DNA from: a virus
IMG/VR virus record: IMGVR_UViG_3300021139_000002
Span: 42,022-106,021 of that record
Strand: one strand, 5' to 3'
DNA length: 64,000 nt
Below, piece after piece: positions 47,810 through 58,500 of this stretch (its first letter is position 1; each line of letters starts with the position of its first letter). Under the pieces are notes generated by a model. The model searched no databases. It was not told the origin of the DNA and worked only from the letters and a program-made list of their open reading frames with translations. A program made the translations under genes and the position numbers.

Positions 47810-49531
47810 TTGTCTTGGAAAAAATATTTCACCCCGATTGATACAAGCGGAAAATTAAGCCCGATTAGCGGCAGTGCAGGTGGAGGAAACAATCTAAGCC
47901 GTACTAATTATTCTAGTTATTTGCCTGATGTATATGCAGGCCATCCTAACCGTTTAGAGCGTTACGGTCAATACGATACTATGGACACAGACAGCGAAGT
48001 TAATGCTGCCTTTGACATTTTAGCAGAGTTTTGTACACAGGCTAACGAAGAAAACGGTACTCCCTTTCAAATTAAATTTAAAGATCAAGCAACTCAAACT
48101 GAAATTAAAATTATTAAAAAGTACCTACAACAATGGACCAGACTTAATAAATTTAATATTCGTATGTTCAAACTTGTTCGCAATGCGTTCAAATACGGCG
48201 ATAGTTTCTTTGTTCGTGACCCAGAAACACAGGCATGGATGTATATAGATCCTGCAAAATTAGATAAAATTATTGTAAATGAAAGCGAAGGCAAAAAGCC
48301 TGAACAATACTTTATCCGTGACTTTAATCCTAACTTAGAAGCACTTTCAACAACTGCTATTCAACCGTCTAACGTTAATGGCGGTGGTAGTCAATTTGGT
48401 GGTAGCTACGGTTCTGGACAAAGCGGCGCAGGCGGTAGTAGAGGTATGACCGGTTCATTTCCGACAACTGCTAACTCTAGCCGTTTTAGTGAAAACCAAA
48501 ATCAATATGCAATCGACGCAAAACATGTTATTCATATTAGCATGAGCGAAGGTTTAGACAATAACTTCCCATTTGGTAACAGCCTGATGGAAAGTATTTT
48601 TAAAGTATTCAAACAAAAAGAATTACTAGAAGATAGTATTCTAATTTACCGTATACAACGTGCTCCTGAGCGTCGTGTATTCTATATTGACGTTGGTAAT
48701 ATGCCAAGTCACTTGGCAATGAGCTTTGTTGAACGTGTTAAAAACGAAGTAAATCAACGCCGTATTCCTAGTGTAACAGGTGGTGGATCTAGTGTAGTTG
48801 ATGCAAGTTATAACCCATTAAGTATTAACGAAGATTATTTCTTCCCGCAAACAGCAGAAGGTCGTGGATCTAAAGTTGAAATCCTACAAGGCGGTCAAAA
48901 CTTAGGAGAAATTGATGATCTTAGATATTTTACTAATAAGCTGTTTAGGGCTTTACGCATACCTAGCTCTTATCTACCTACCGGCTCTGACGACGGAGGA
49001 TCTAACTTCAATGATGGTCGAGTTGGTACCGCGTACATTCAAGAATTGCGATTCAACAAGTACTGCGAGCGTCTACAAAGTTTATTAAACGAACCTTTTG
49101 ATACAGAATTTAAACTATATTTGCATACTCAAGGTATCAATGTAGACAACAATGTTTTTGAAATTAAGTTCAATCCTCCACAAAACTTTGCCGCTTATCG
49201 CCAGGCAGAGATGGATACAGCCCGTGTGAATACATTTAATAGCATGGTTGCTGTTCCGTTTGTATCTAAGCGTTTTGCTATGAAGCGTTTCTTAGGCATG
49301 ACTACAGAAGAAGTTGCAGAAAACGAACGTATGTGGCGTGAAGAAAACGTTGATGAAGATCAATATCTAAGCGCAAGCAGTGAGTTACGTTCGGCAGGTA
49401 TTACTGCTAATGGAATGTCAGCAGATACAGCTTCTTTAGGCAGTTCAGAACCCTTACCAGATGACGGATCCCCACCAGAAGGTGGAGCAGCACCTGCGAG
49501 CGGCGAGGCAGCACCGCCCCCTGCCGCATAA
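47810..49531 (+). CDS. portal protein gp20
   Basis: TTG start with AAGGA SD; LLEDSILIYRIQRAPERRVFYIDVGNMP, EDYFFP, L.GGQNLGEIDD. Confidence 0.95.
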   Translation: MSWKKYFTPIDTSGKLSPISGSAGGGNNLSRTNYSSYLPDVYAGHPNRLERYGQYDTMDTDSEVNAAFDILAEFCTQANEENGTPFQIKFKDQATQTEIKIIKKYLQQWTRLNKFNIRMFKLVRNAFKYGDSFFVRDPETQAWMYIDPAKLDKIIVNESEGKKPEQYFIRDFNPNLEALSTTAIQPSNVNGGGSQFGGSYGSGQSGAGGSRGMTGSFPTTANSSRFSENQNQYAIDAKHVIHISMSEGLDNNFPFGNSLMESIFKVFKQKELLEDSILIYRIQRAPERRVFYIDVGNMPSHLAMSFVERVKNEVNQRRIPSVTGGGSSVVDASYNPLSINEDYFFPQTAEGRGSKVEILQGGQNLGEIDDLRYFTNKLFRALRIPSSYLPTGSDDGGSNFNDGRVGTAYIQELRFNKYCERLQSLLNEPFDTEFKLYLHTQGINVDNNVFEIKFNPPQNFAAYRQAEMDTARVNTFNSMVAVPFVSKRFAMKRFLGMTTEEVAENERMWREENVDEDQYLSASSELRSAGITANGMSADTASLGSSEPLPDDGSPPEGGAAPASGEAAPPPAA

Positions 49532-49539
49532 ATACTATT

Positions 49540-49788
49540 ATGATACTAAGAGAATTCATTTATTTTGATCGTAATCACGCAAGTCCTCAAGAGGATAATA
49601 GGTATATTAGTAGTAATGATACCAGTATTCTTAAGAGCAAAGACCTACGTAAGACTCGTTTGACATTAAAAATGATAAACGAAATACGCAAGGCAGCGGA
49701 AGCTCACGATAAAGAGAAGCGTGAAGAACTTGGTTTAGTTAGAAAAATGTACGCGGCACCTCCGCCAGAAGCGGCTGCGACGGCATAA
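49540..49788 (+). CDS. small head-morphogenesis-region protein
   Basis: 82 aa between portal and core genes; TAAATA 5 nt upstream of ATG. Confidence 0.75.
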   Translation: MILREFIYFDRNHASPQEDNRYISSNDTSILKSKDLRKTRLTLKMINEIRKAAEAHDKEKREELGLVRKMYAAPPPEAAATA

Positions 49789-49935
49789 AATAGTAAAATT
49801 TGTCAAAATCCAGAAGAAATTCTGCGTCAATTCGGCCGAAACGAACCGTTTTTGGCCTATTTCGTGCATGAAAATTATGTGTGTTGTAAATACACGCACA
49901 GCCTTGCCGCTACCCCAATAGGAGAATTTATTATT

Positions 49936-50973
49936 ATGTCAACAAAATTTGAACAATTGTTAGACCTTTTAATCAATGAAGAACATGAAAAAGCAAATGA
50001 ACTTTTCCATGAAATCGTTGTAGAAAAGTCTAGAGATATTTACGAGAACCTTATCGCTGAAGAAGAAGATGAGGAAATGGATGAAGCCGCCGACGAAGAT
50101 ATGGACGAAGGTGCTGATGAAGATATGGATGAGTCTGCCGACGAAGACATGGATGAGTCTGCTGATGAAGACATGGACGAAGGTGCTGATGAAGACATGG
50201 ATGAGTCCGATGAAGAATTAGAAGATTCTTACATGATGGACGGTGAAGAAGATGGTGAGATCGGTGGCGATGCTACTGATGATTTCGGTGCTGAAGTTGG
50301 CGCAGACCACGGTGAAATGGACCACGAAGGTGGCGAAGACCAAGCAATTTACGACATCAAGAGCGCTATCGAAGAACTAGAAGCTGCCTTTGCTGAATTA
50401 GAAAAAGCACAAGGTATGGAAACTGGTGATGACTTCGGTGACGAAGAAGGTGGAGAAGAAGGTGGAGAAGACGATATGATGATGGGTAAACCAGCATTTG
50501 AAGGTCGTCGTATGACACGTGAGTACACTGAGAAAGTTGGAAACGATTGGGAAAAGAACAGCCAAAAAACAGCTGGCCCAGTAGGTTCCGGTTCTGGTGA
50601 TAAAGCAGGTCAAACTTCTGTATCTAACACAAAAAGCCCAGTAAGTTCTGGTAAAGGTAAGCCTACAACAGGTGCTACCGCTGCTAACATCCTAGGTGAT
50701 TCTAGTGTTGGTAAAGGCAAAAATACAGGCGATCGTCCTGATAGCCTAAACAAAGGTATTGCACAAGTTGCTGGTGAGAAGTTTGCTAAAGGTATGCACA
50801 ACGTTGATGGCGTTAAGTCCGGCGTTAAGACCCTAAACAAACAAGGTTCTGGCTACCCAGGCAACAACAAAACAGCTGGTCCAGTTGGTTCTGGAACAGG
50901 TGACAAAGCAGGTCAAACAAGCGTTGGCCAAGCTAAGAGCCCATTAAACGGCGCTCCTAACCGCAACGCTTAA
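49936..50973 (+). CDS. acidic prohead core protein (gp67/gp68-like position)
   Basis: Start 49936 with AGGAG SD; very acidic N-half, basic Gly-rich C-half; lies between gp20 and gp21. Confidence 0.75.
   Translation: MSTKFEQLLDLLINEEHEKANELFHEIVVEKSRDIYENLIAEEEDEEMDEAADEDMDEGADEDMDESADEDMDESADEDMDEGADEDMDESDEELEDSYMMDGEEDGEIGGDATDDFGAEVGADHGEMDHEGGEDQAIYDIKSAIEELEAAFAELEKAQGMETGDDFGDEEGGEEGGEDDMMMGKPAFEGRRMTREYTEKVGNDWEKNSQKTAGPVGSGSGDKAGQTSVSNTKSPVSSGKGKPTTGATAANILGDSSVGKGKNTGDRPDSLNKGIAQVAGEKFAKGMHNVDGVKSGVKTLNKQGSGYPGNNKTAGPVGSGTGDKAGQTSVGQAKSPLNGAPNRNA
50068..50211 (+). repeat. 6 x 24-nt coding tandem repeat (DEDMDE[G/S/A]A)
   Basis: Imperfect copies of gatgaagacatggatgagtctgct. Confidence 0.9.
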
Positions 50974-50986
50974 TTAGAGAAACAGG

Positions 50987-51619
50987 ATGCATCAAATAAG
51001 TTATCTACGCGAACACCTAAGTTTCGATCAGGCTGGAGTAATTCTCGAGTCTGACGATAAGGATGGAAAAAGCCTTTACTTAAAAGGCATTGCCATCCAA
51101 GGTGGCATCCGCAATGCTAACCAACGTGTATACCCAGTTGACGAAATCGAACGTGCAGTTAAAACACTGAACGATCAAATTCAAAATGGTTATAGCGTTC
51201 TAGGCGAAGTAGATCATCCTGATGATTTAAAAGTGAATTTGGACCGTGTATCCCATATGATCACTCAAATGTGGATGGAGGGTCCCAATGGTTATGGTAA
51301 GATGAAAATTTTACCTACGCCGATGGGTAACTTAGTTCGTACTATGCTTGAAAGCGGAGTAAAACTTGGTGTTAGTTCTCGTGGTAGTGGCAATGTCAAC
51401 GACATGAATGGCCATGTATCCGATTTCGAGATTATCACGGTAGACGTAGTTGCTCAACCCAGTGCTCCTGGTGCGTATCCTACTCCTGTCTACGAGCATT
51501 TAATGAATGCCCGTGGCGGGATGAGAGCGTTTAAAGTTGCACAAGAAGTTAAAGAAGATCCAAAGGCCCAGAAATACCTTAAGGAAGCACTCCTTAATGT
51601 TATTAAAGGTCTAAAATAA
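50987..51619 (+). CDS. prohead protease gp21
   Basis: N.N.RVYP, GEVDHP, VSH, TPMG, GVSSRGSG, D.VA.PSAP.AY. Confidence 0.95.
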   Translation: MHQISYLREHLSFDQAGVILESDDKDGKSLYLKGIAIQGGIRNANQRVYPVDEIERAVKTLNDQIQNGYSVLGEVDHPDDLKVNLDRVSHMITQMWMEGPNGYGKMKILPTPMGNLVRTMLESGVKLGVSSRGSGNVNDMNGHVSDFEIITVDVVAQPSAPGAYPTPVYEHLMNARGGMRAFKVAQEVKEDPKAQKYLKEALLNVIKGLK

Positions 51620-51635
51620 GCCCGAGGAGAAATAA

Positions 51636-52730
51636 ATGTTGGACGCATTCAAACAATTAGTAGAATCAGGTGTAATGACAGCAGAGACACAACAAGTTGT
51701 CGAAACTGCCCTTGCTCAGAAACTACAAGAAACACGCGACCAAGTTACCGCAGAACTTCGTGAAGAATTTGCACAAAAATACAATCATGATAAAAGCATG
51801 ATGGTAGAAGCAATCGACAAGATGTTAGGCGACCGCTTGACCGTTGAGATGTCCGAATTGTACGCTGACAAACAAGCTCTAGCCGAAGCAAAAGCACAAT
51901 ACCAACAACGTATTGCTGGTGATGCTAAAAAGCTAGAAGGGTTTGTTATCAATCAACTAGGAAAAGAATTAGTTGAGTTCCAAGGTGACCGTAAAAAAGT
52001 TGCTGAGAACTTCAGCAAGTTAGAGCAATTCGTAGTTCACGCTCTAACAAAAGAAATCCAAGAATTTGCAACAGACAAGAAAGATCTAGCTGAAACTAAA
52101 GTTAAGTTAGTTCGTGAAGCAAAGAGCAAATTTGAGGACTTAAAGCAAAACTTCATTAAGCGTTCCGCTAAGGTAGTTGAAAACGCGATAACACGCAATC
52201 TAACAACTGAAATCAAGCAATTGAAAGAAGATATTGATTCCGCTCGCAACAACGACTTTGGACGTAAAATTTATGAAGCCTTTGCACAAGAATTCTCTGG
52301 TTCATTCTTAAATGAAAAATCTGAAACAAGTAAATTGTTAAAGATTATCGCTAAGAAAGATCAAGAACTAGCAGAAGCACAGCAAGCCGTAGCAGAAAAA
52401 GAATCTCTAGTAGAATCTACACAACGTGAAATTCGTGTCACAAAAGACCTAATGGAACGTAAGGCTGTTATGGGCGAGTTACTAGCACCCCTAAGTGCTG
52501 ATAAAAAAGCAATCATGAAAGAACTGCTAGAGTCAACTCCTACGCAGAAACTAAATGAATCTTTTGACAAATACCTACCAGCAGTTATGGAAGGCCAGAC
52601 ACGTAAGACAGCTCCTAAGAAAGCTATGCTTGCAGAAGGTGCAGAAGTAACAGGAAATCGTGAAAGTAAGCCAGAGGTAGGCTTAGATAACATTTTAGAC
52701 ATCCGCAAGTTAGCGGGTATATCTAAATAA
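51636..52730 (+). CDS. prohead scaffold protein gp22-like
   Basis: Coiled-coil 364 aa between gp21 and gp23; GRKIYEAF. Confidence 0.85.
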   Translation: MLDAFKQLVESGVMTAETQQVVETALAQKLQETRDQVTAELREEFAQKYNHDKSMMVEAIDKMLGDRLTVEMSELYADKQALAEAKAQYQQRIAGDAKKLEGFVINQLGKELVEFQGDRKKVAENFSKLEQFVVHALTKEIQEFATDKKDLAETKVKLVREAKSKFEDLKQNFIKRSAKVVENAITRNLTTEIKQLKEDIDSARNNDFGRKIYEAFAQEFSGSFLNEKSETSKLLKIIAKKDQELAEAQQAVAEKESLVESTQREIRVTKDLMERKAVMGELLAPLSADKKAIMKELLESTPTQKLNESFDKYLPAVMEGQTRKTAPKKAMLAEGAEVTGNRESKPEVGLDNILDIRKLAGISK

Positions 52731-52756
52731 TTTAAAATTCAAGGAGACAATATAAA

Positions 52757-53938
52757 ATGTCACAACTATTAAATGAAAGATGGTCAGAGACCAAAGAAAC
52801 TCTGCTTGAAGGCCTACAAGGTACACGTCGTTCTTCTATGGCAGTTTGCTTAGAAAACACACGTAAGTACTTGGCTGAAAGCGCCACAGCTGGTGCAACA
52901 AGCGCAGGTAACGTAGCAACACTTAACCGTGTTATTCTTCCAGTTATCCGCCGTGTTATGCCTACGGTTATTGCTAACGAGATCATCGGTGTTCAACCTA
53001 TGACTGGTCCAGTTGGTCAAATCCATACACTACGTGTACGTTATGCAGATAACGGAAGCGATGTTGTAGCTGGTGAAGAAGCATTGAGCCCATTCAAGAT
53101 CGCTCAAGCATATTCTGGTAACGACGGTACAGGTGGTGCATATAAAGCTGCTGCTACAAGTACTTTAGAAGGTACACCAGGTAAGCGTATGAGCATCCAA
53201 ATCTTGAAAGCTCCAGTCGAAGCTAAGTCTCGTAAACTAAGCGCTCGTTGGACTTTCGAGGCTGCACAAGATGCACAAGCTCAACAAGGTATTGATATCG
53301 AAGCAGAAATCATGGCCGCTTTAGCTCAAGAAATTACAGCTGAAATCGACCAAGAAATCCTAGCTTCTCTACGTAACTTAGCAACCGTAGAAGAAACATA
53401 TGACCAGTCATTAGTTTCTGGTACAGCTACATTCGTCGGTGACGAACACGCTGCTCTAGCTATCCAAATCAACCGTGTAAGCAACTTGATTGCTCAACGT
53501 ACACGTCGTGGTTCTGGTAACTGGGCTGTTGTTTCTAACCAAGCATTGACAATTCTTCAATCTGCTACAACTAGTGCGTTTGCTCGTACTACAGAAGGCA
53601 CATTTGAAGCTCCAACAAACACCAAGTTTGTTGGTACATTGAACGGTGCTATGCGTGTTTATGTAGATGCATATCTACCAGACACAGGATACGACAACAA
53701 CCAAGTTCTAGTTGGATACAAAGGTTCTAGCGAAGCTGATGCGGCTGCGTTCTATTGCCCATACATTCCTCTAATGTCTTCTGGTGTTGTTCTAGATCCA
53801 GCAACATTTGAACCAGTAGTTGGTTTCTTAACTCGTTACGGATACGTCGAGTTAAGCAACACAGCATCTAGCTTAGGCAATGCTGCTGACTACCTAGGTA
53901 AAGTTGCTATCACTAGCGCAAACGTAAGCTTCAAGTAA
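52757..53938 (+). CDS. major capsid protein gp23
   Basis: RRVMP..IA.EIIGVQPM.GP, SRKL.ARWT.EAAQD, EI.AEIDQEI, FYCPYIPL, TRYG. Confidence 0.97.
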   Translation: MSQLLNERWSETKETLLEGLQGTRRSSMAVCLENTRKYLAESATAGATSAGNVATLNRVILPVIRRVMPTVIANEIIGVQPMTGPVGQIHTLRVRYADNGSDVVAGEEALSPFKIAQAYSGNDGTGGAYKAAATSTLEGTPGKRMSIQILKAPVEAKSRKLSARWTFEAAQDAQAQQGIDIEAEIMAALAQEITAEIDQEILASLRNLATVEETYDQSLVSGTATFVGDEHAALAIQINRVSNLIAQRTRRGSGNWAVVSNQALTILQSATTSAFARTTEGTFEAPTNTKFVGTLNGAMRVYVDAYLPDTGYDNNQVLVGYKGSSEADAAAFYCPYIPLMSSGVVLDPATFEPVVGFLTRYGYVELSNTASSLGNAADYLGKVAITSANVSFK

Positions 53939-53965
53939 TCAAATACTTGGCTTAAAAAGCAAAAC

Positions 53966-53990
53966 AAAAACGCCCTTCGGGGCGTTTTTT
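53966..53990 (+). terminator. intrinsic terminator after gp23
   Basis: AAAAACGCCC-TTCG-GGGCGTTTTTT. Confidence 0.9.
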
Positions 53991-54066
53991 GTTAAATACT
54001 ATTCTATGTATTATGCAGTTCCATCTGCGTAGACCTAGAACGTCATATATTTTAAGGAGAAACAAA

Positions 54067-54987
54067 ATGGGACGTCCAATTAAAGCCAAATTTTTTGGTA
54101 ACTTAAACAACGAACAATTTAAAAATGTTGGTGTCAACAGCGGTATCGGTGGTGAAGGTGTTGCAGGTGTAAGTATTAGCAACACTGGTACAGGATATTC
54201 GAGAGGTGCTTTTATAACTTTTTCAGCACCAGACGAGCCAACAGGTGTAACAGCCCAAGGCCATCCAGTGTTTACAACTGACGGTGCTGGCCGTTTTGGT
54301 ATTACTAGCATTGTTATTGATACAGCAGGTAGCGGATATAATTCAGCACCTACAATTACCGTAACAACTGCAACAAGAGTTAATAGTGTTGCTAACAGCG
54401 GTATCGGTGGTCTTAACACATTTACGGTTACAACAGCGACTGGTATTGCAATCGGTATGACTATTTCTGGTGGTTCTACCGGTATTAACGGTAAAGTTAC
54501 AGGAGTTAGCGGTAATATTATTACAAGTACCGTAAACAACAGCGGTACATGGACTAACGCAACTAACTTATTCTTTGCTGACTATGGTTACGGATTTGCT
54601 GATACCGTTACTTTAACTTCAAGTCAAAAGTATTCTGCAATCAAAGGTAATGCTTATATTCCAACAGCCGCAGGCGGTTCTAGCGCAGTTGAATACGACA
54701 TTATCAAACAAGAAGCAAGTCATCGCTATCTTGTAAAAACAGCACAAGGTGTTGGTCAATGCCGTTTGGTATCAACAAGCACAATGACTTCAGGTCAAAT
54801 GAACATCATTGCTACTGATGCTAATGGTAACACATATTATGTTACAAAATTAACTGCTCACAAAGCTCTGTTAACTCGTCAAACACAAAGCGGTTCAAAT
54901 GCTTGGTTATATACAACTGGCCAAACAGCTAAATGGACTATCGGTTCAGCCGCAAGTGGTGTGGTAAGTATTACACATACAATCTAA
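54067..54987 (+). CDS. late virion protein (head decoration/fibre-like)
   Basis: Start 54067 with AAGGAG SD, TAAATA at 53993; Gly/Thr-rich with I...G.GY...P repeats. Confidence 0.7.
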   Translation: MGRPIKAKFFGNLNNEQFKNVGVNSGIGGEGVAGVSISNTGTGYSRGAFITFSAPDEPTGVTAQGHPVFTTDGAGRFGITSIVIDTAGSGYNSAPTITVTTATRVNSVANSGIGGLNTFTVTTATGIAIGMTISGGSTGINGKVTGVSGNIITSTVNNSGTWTNATNLFFADYGYGFADTVTLTSSQKYSAIKGNAYIPTAAGGSSAVEYDIIKQEASHRYLVKTAQGVGQCRLVSTSTMTSGQMNIIATDANGNTYYVTKLTAHKALLTRQTQSGSNAWLYTTGQTAKWTIGSAASGVVSITHTI

Positions 54988-55006
54988 TTAATTTAGATCT
55001 CAATAG

Positions 55007-55031
55007 AAAGGACTCTTCGGAGTCCTTTTTT
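55007..55031 (+). terminator. intrinsic terminator
   Basis: AAAGGACTC-TTCG-GAGTCCTTTTTT. Confidence 0.9.
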
Positions 55032-55048
55032 ATTATGGTAAATATGTG

Positions 55049-55558
55049 ATGAGCACCAAATGGTATACCCCAAATAACTTTATTCAATATGCAGAAGATG
55101 AGTCACATATTCGTTGGAATACAGCCGACTTCGAAGTTGTTAAAACATTAAACGGCGGAGTTCCTTTATCTGCACCGTTGTTACACATTGCTAGACAACC
55201 AAGAAACGATATAACAATGAAAACTTGGTATATACGTGCAACAAATTTTAATTTTCAAAATTTACCACACACAATTTCCGGAATACAATTTAAGTTTGAC
55301 GTTGATAGAGTAGGTCGTGTATTTGACGAAACGATTCAATTGACCTTTAACGAAGAATTAATAGGTGAAAATAAATGTTCTATGATTGTAGATCCTACAC
55401 AAATATATGGAAGCGCTACTGATACGTGGAAGGTTGGAAATATTAATAGCATTGTACAAGATCCTACATTTGGAATAGTAGTAAGATTAAAAAGTCATCC
55501 TCAGTGGCCGCATAAGACTGCTCCTATTTTAAGAGGCATGGCATTGCAGATCTACTAA
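55049..55558 (+). CDS. hypothetical late protein
   Basis: TAAATA at 55039-55044 just upstream. Confidence 0.7.
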   Translation: MSTKWYTPNNFIQYAEDESHIRWNTADFEVVKTLNGGVPLSAPLLHIARQPRNDITMKTWYIRATNFNFQNLPHTISGIQFKFDVDRVGRVFDETIQLTFNEELIGENKCSMIVDPTQIYGSATDTWKVGNINSIVQDPTFGIVVRLKSHPQWPHKTAPILRGMALQIY

Positions 55559-55589
55559 ACGAATAAATACCCTAAAGGAATCTAGAATA

Positions 55590-58500
55590 ATGACGGGAAT
55601 AAGAAAATCAGGTACACGATCATTAGCACCAACTAATGGAGCAATACAATCAAGCAGTGGTGTACCATCTTTATCACAGAAAGATAACGGCGTTACTTTA
55701 ATCCTATCGTCGGCAACTCAAGTTGGCGGATACTTACAATTGGTGAACAAAACTTCACCTAACCCTGTAATTGTTTTTAAAAATAATACACAGAACGTTG
55801 GAAATACTAACAATCCTACCGCGACTGACCCTGTTTCCATTGACCAGACAATATTCAGTAACACGGCAGAACGTCAATTAGCCGGTGCATATTTTTCTGG
55901 TGGGGTAGGTATTGAGAAAGATTTAGCGGTAGGTGGATTTATCTACGGTCGTATTGCGTCTGCAAACTCTGCCACCACAAGTAGTAATATTGTAGTTCTT
56001 AAAACAAATGAAAATGCCACTTACTATCCATTGATGACTGATAGTTCGGGTATTATTCAACAAGGTGCTAACTTATATGCTGACATTTTAAATCAAGATG
56101 CTACAGCAGGCGGTTTTAAATATAATCCGTATCTTGGAAAATTAACAACTGAAAGAATCCATGTTGACGGTACAGATAATTCTACCGGCATAACATCTGG
56201 CGCATTAGTAGTTGATGGTGGTGTAGGTATTGCATATGACCTTAACATAGGTGGCAACATATTACCCGCCGCAGCAGATGCTACAACAATCGGTGCTGAC
56301 GGTCTTGAATGGGCTGATGCATACCTTAATAAAGTATACTCAAAATTTGTTGGTAGTACAGCAAGCAACCTAACACTTGCACCGGGCGCAGGATTAACTG
56401 ATGTGTTTGGTGATATACGTGTACGTGGTCAAAATCCAATTGGTACTGCTCCTATCATTACAAACACATTGTATGTTACTATGGACGGCGACGATACTAA
56501 CGACGGTCGTGCTCAAGATGCTAGCCGTGCTTGCCGTACTATTGGTGGTGCAATGAAGTCACCTTACTATCAACCAGGAACACAAATCCTTGTAAGCCCT
56601 GGTAGATATTTAGAAAACAATCCTTTAGAAATGAAGCCATATACTTCTGTTAGAGGCAGTGACATTCGTACAACATTTATTGAACCTATTAACAAGACAC
56701 AAGATTTATTCCACGTAAACAGCGGATGCTACTTAAACTACATGAACTTCTTAAACGGACGTAGTGGTCGTTTAGAAGGTGCATATGATCAAAGATTTAA
56801 CCGTGGTGCATATTGTGCAACATTTCCTCCACAAACTGGAGACAATAGAATTGACGTATTCCAATCTCCGTACATTCAAAACTGCACAAACCAAAGTGGT
56901 CCGTGGTTAAAAGATGGAACAATGTTCTTACCGAACAACACGGTACAAGTTCCTGCGGCAGTTGGTATAGCGTCTTGGCCTGCTAATACAACAACCATTG
57001 TTGTTTCTATGTCAACTGGTACATTAAGTATCGGACAAAGTATCAACGTTGGTCAACAAAATCCAGGATTCTTTAATGCTCGTACATTGTTGTTGGCCAA
57101 CAAACCGTTCATTCAAAGTCAAACGGTCGCATGGGTTGATGCAACATTTAACAGCGGATCCTTTACATACGATCAGGCTAAATGTGCTCGAGACACTGGT
57201 CTAATTGTTGATGCAATTGCAACAGATATGTTGTACAATAGCACCAGCGATAGTATGTTTGCAGGTATACAATACTGGAATCAAGATACTTATACTGGAA
57301 ATATTTCTTCAGAGATAACAGCAACCATTGCGGCTATTAATCATCTTAAAGGAATTGTATTAAGTGAGATAAGCAGTGGTAATCAATCAGCAGTTACTAC
57401 ATTGTTTAACGACATAACAGGTATTTTAACATCTGGTACTTCCGGAATAACTGATCAAATAGTTTACGGCGGCCTGCCTACAACTAATGCAACAACCGTA
57501 AACGATTATAATACATTACAAACAAATAGATCTTCTATACAAGACAGCGTTATTTCTTGGATCAACTCAACATATCCTGGATTAGATTATAATCAAGATA
57601 CCTGCCGAAGAGATACTGGTTTTATTCTAGATAGTGTATGTTTTGATTTGTTGCATGGCGGTAATGTTCAAAGTATCAAGAGCGGTGTATATTACTACGG
57701 ATACAGCAACGTAAACACGTTAGCTGGAACTAATGAGGTTCCTGCGACTACAGCGGCTTACAATTTTATCAAGAGTATTATTCCTAACATCGTCGAAGGT
57801 AACCAATTATTAAAAACTTATCAGTTCAGTGTAAGTCAAGTTACAAACTTGCCTGCTGGTACAGCGCATGAAGTTACTACGCTACAAAATAACATTGATG
57901 TCATAACTGGTATTATTAGAAATGGTCCTGACTATGCTGGACCAAAAACACCTATCAACTTAACTGAGAATACTTCTGTTGGTGTTCTTAACGCTTACAA
58001 TTTATTAAAAGCTAACCTTAATTTTATCAAGGCAGAAGTTGTTGCATTCATTAATCAAACAATGAATAATTTTGATTATAACAGACAACTTTGCTACAGA
58101 GATGCAGGTATTATTGTAGAGAACATGGCTTACGACATGACATTTGGTGGAAACCAAAAGAGTGTTGAAAGTGGTTTAGCATACTACCGCGGCGTAACAA
58201 GTGTTATTGCTGGACAAGAAACACAGACAATAGGTGCAATTGATTATATTGGATACCTATGCAAGCTAATTGTACAAAATCAAACATGTCCAATTTTAAT
58301 TCCTCCTGCAAATATCCCTACGGCTACACAGGTAATTAACACAGCACTAACTGGTGGCGATATTGTATTGCCTTCAATTGGCAAGTTGTTTAATATTACA
58401 ACTAACATTATTGAGAATGGACCAAGTGCGGCACCTGACATCTTTATTAGTACAGGTCCTGATGCCGCATTTGTCAGCGCAGAAGTATTGTTACATGCTA

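Noticed and set aside
50068-50211. Possible CRISPR-like array
   Set aside because: In-frame degenerate coding repeats with no spacers; no cas genes in the window
53952-54539. 195-aa minus-strand ORF
   Set aside because: Antisense to a well-signalled + gene and runs through the gp23 terminator
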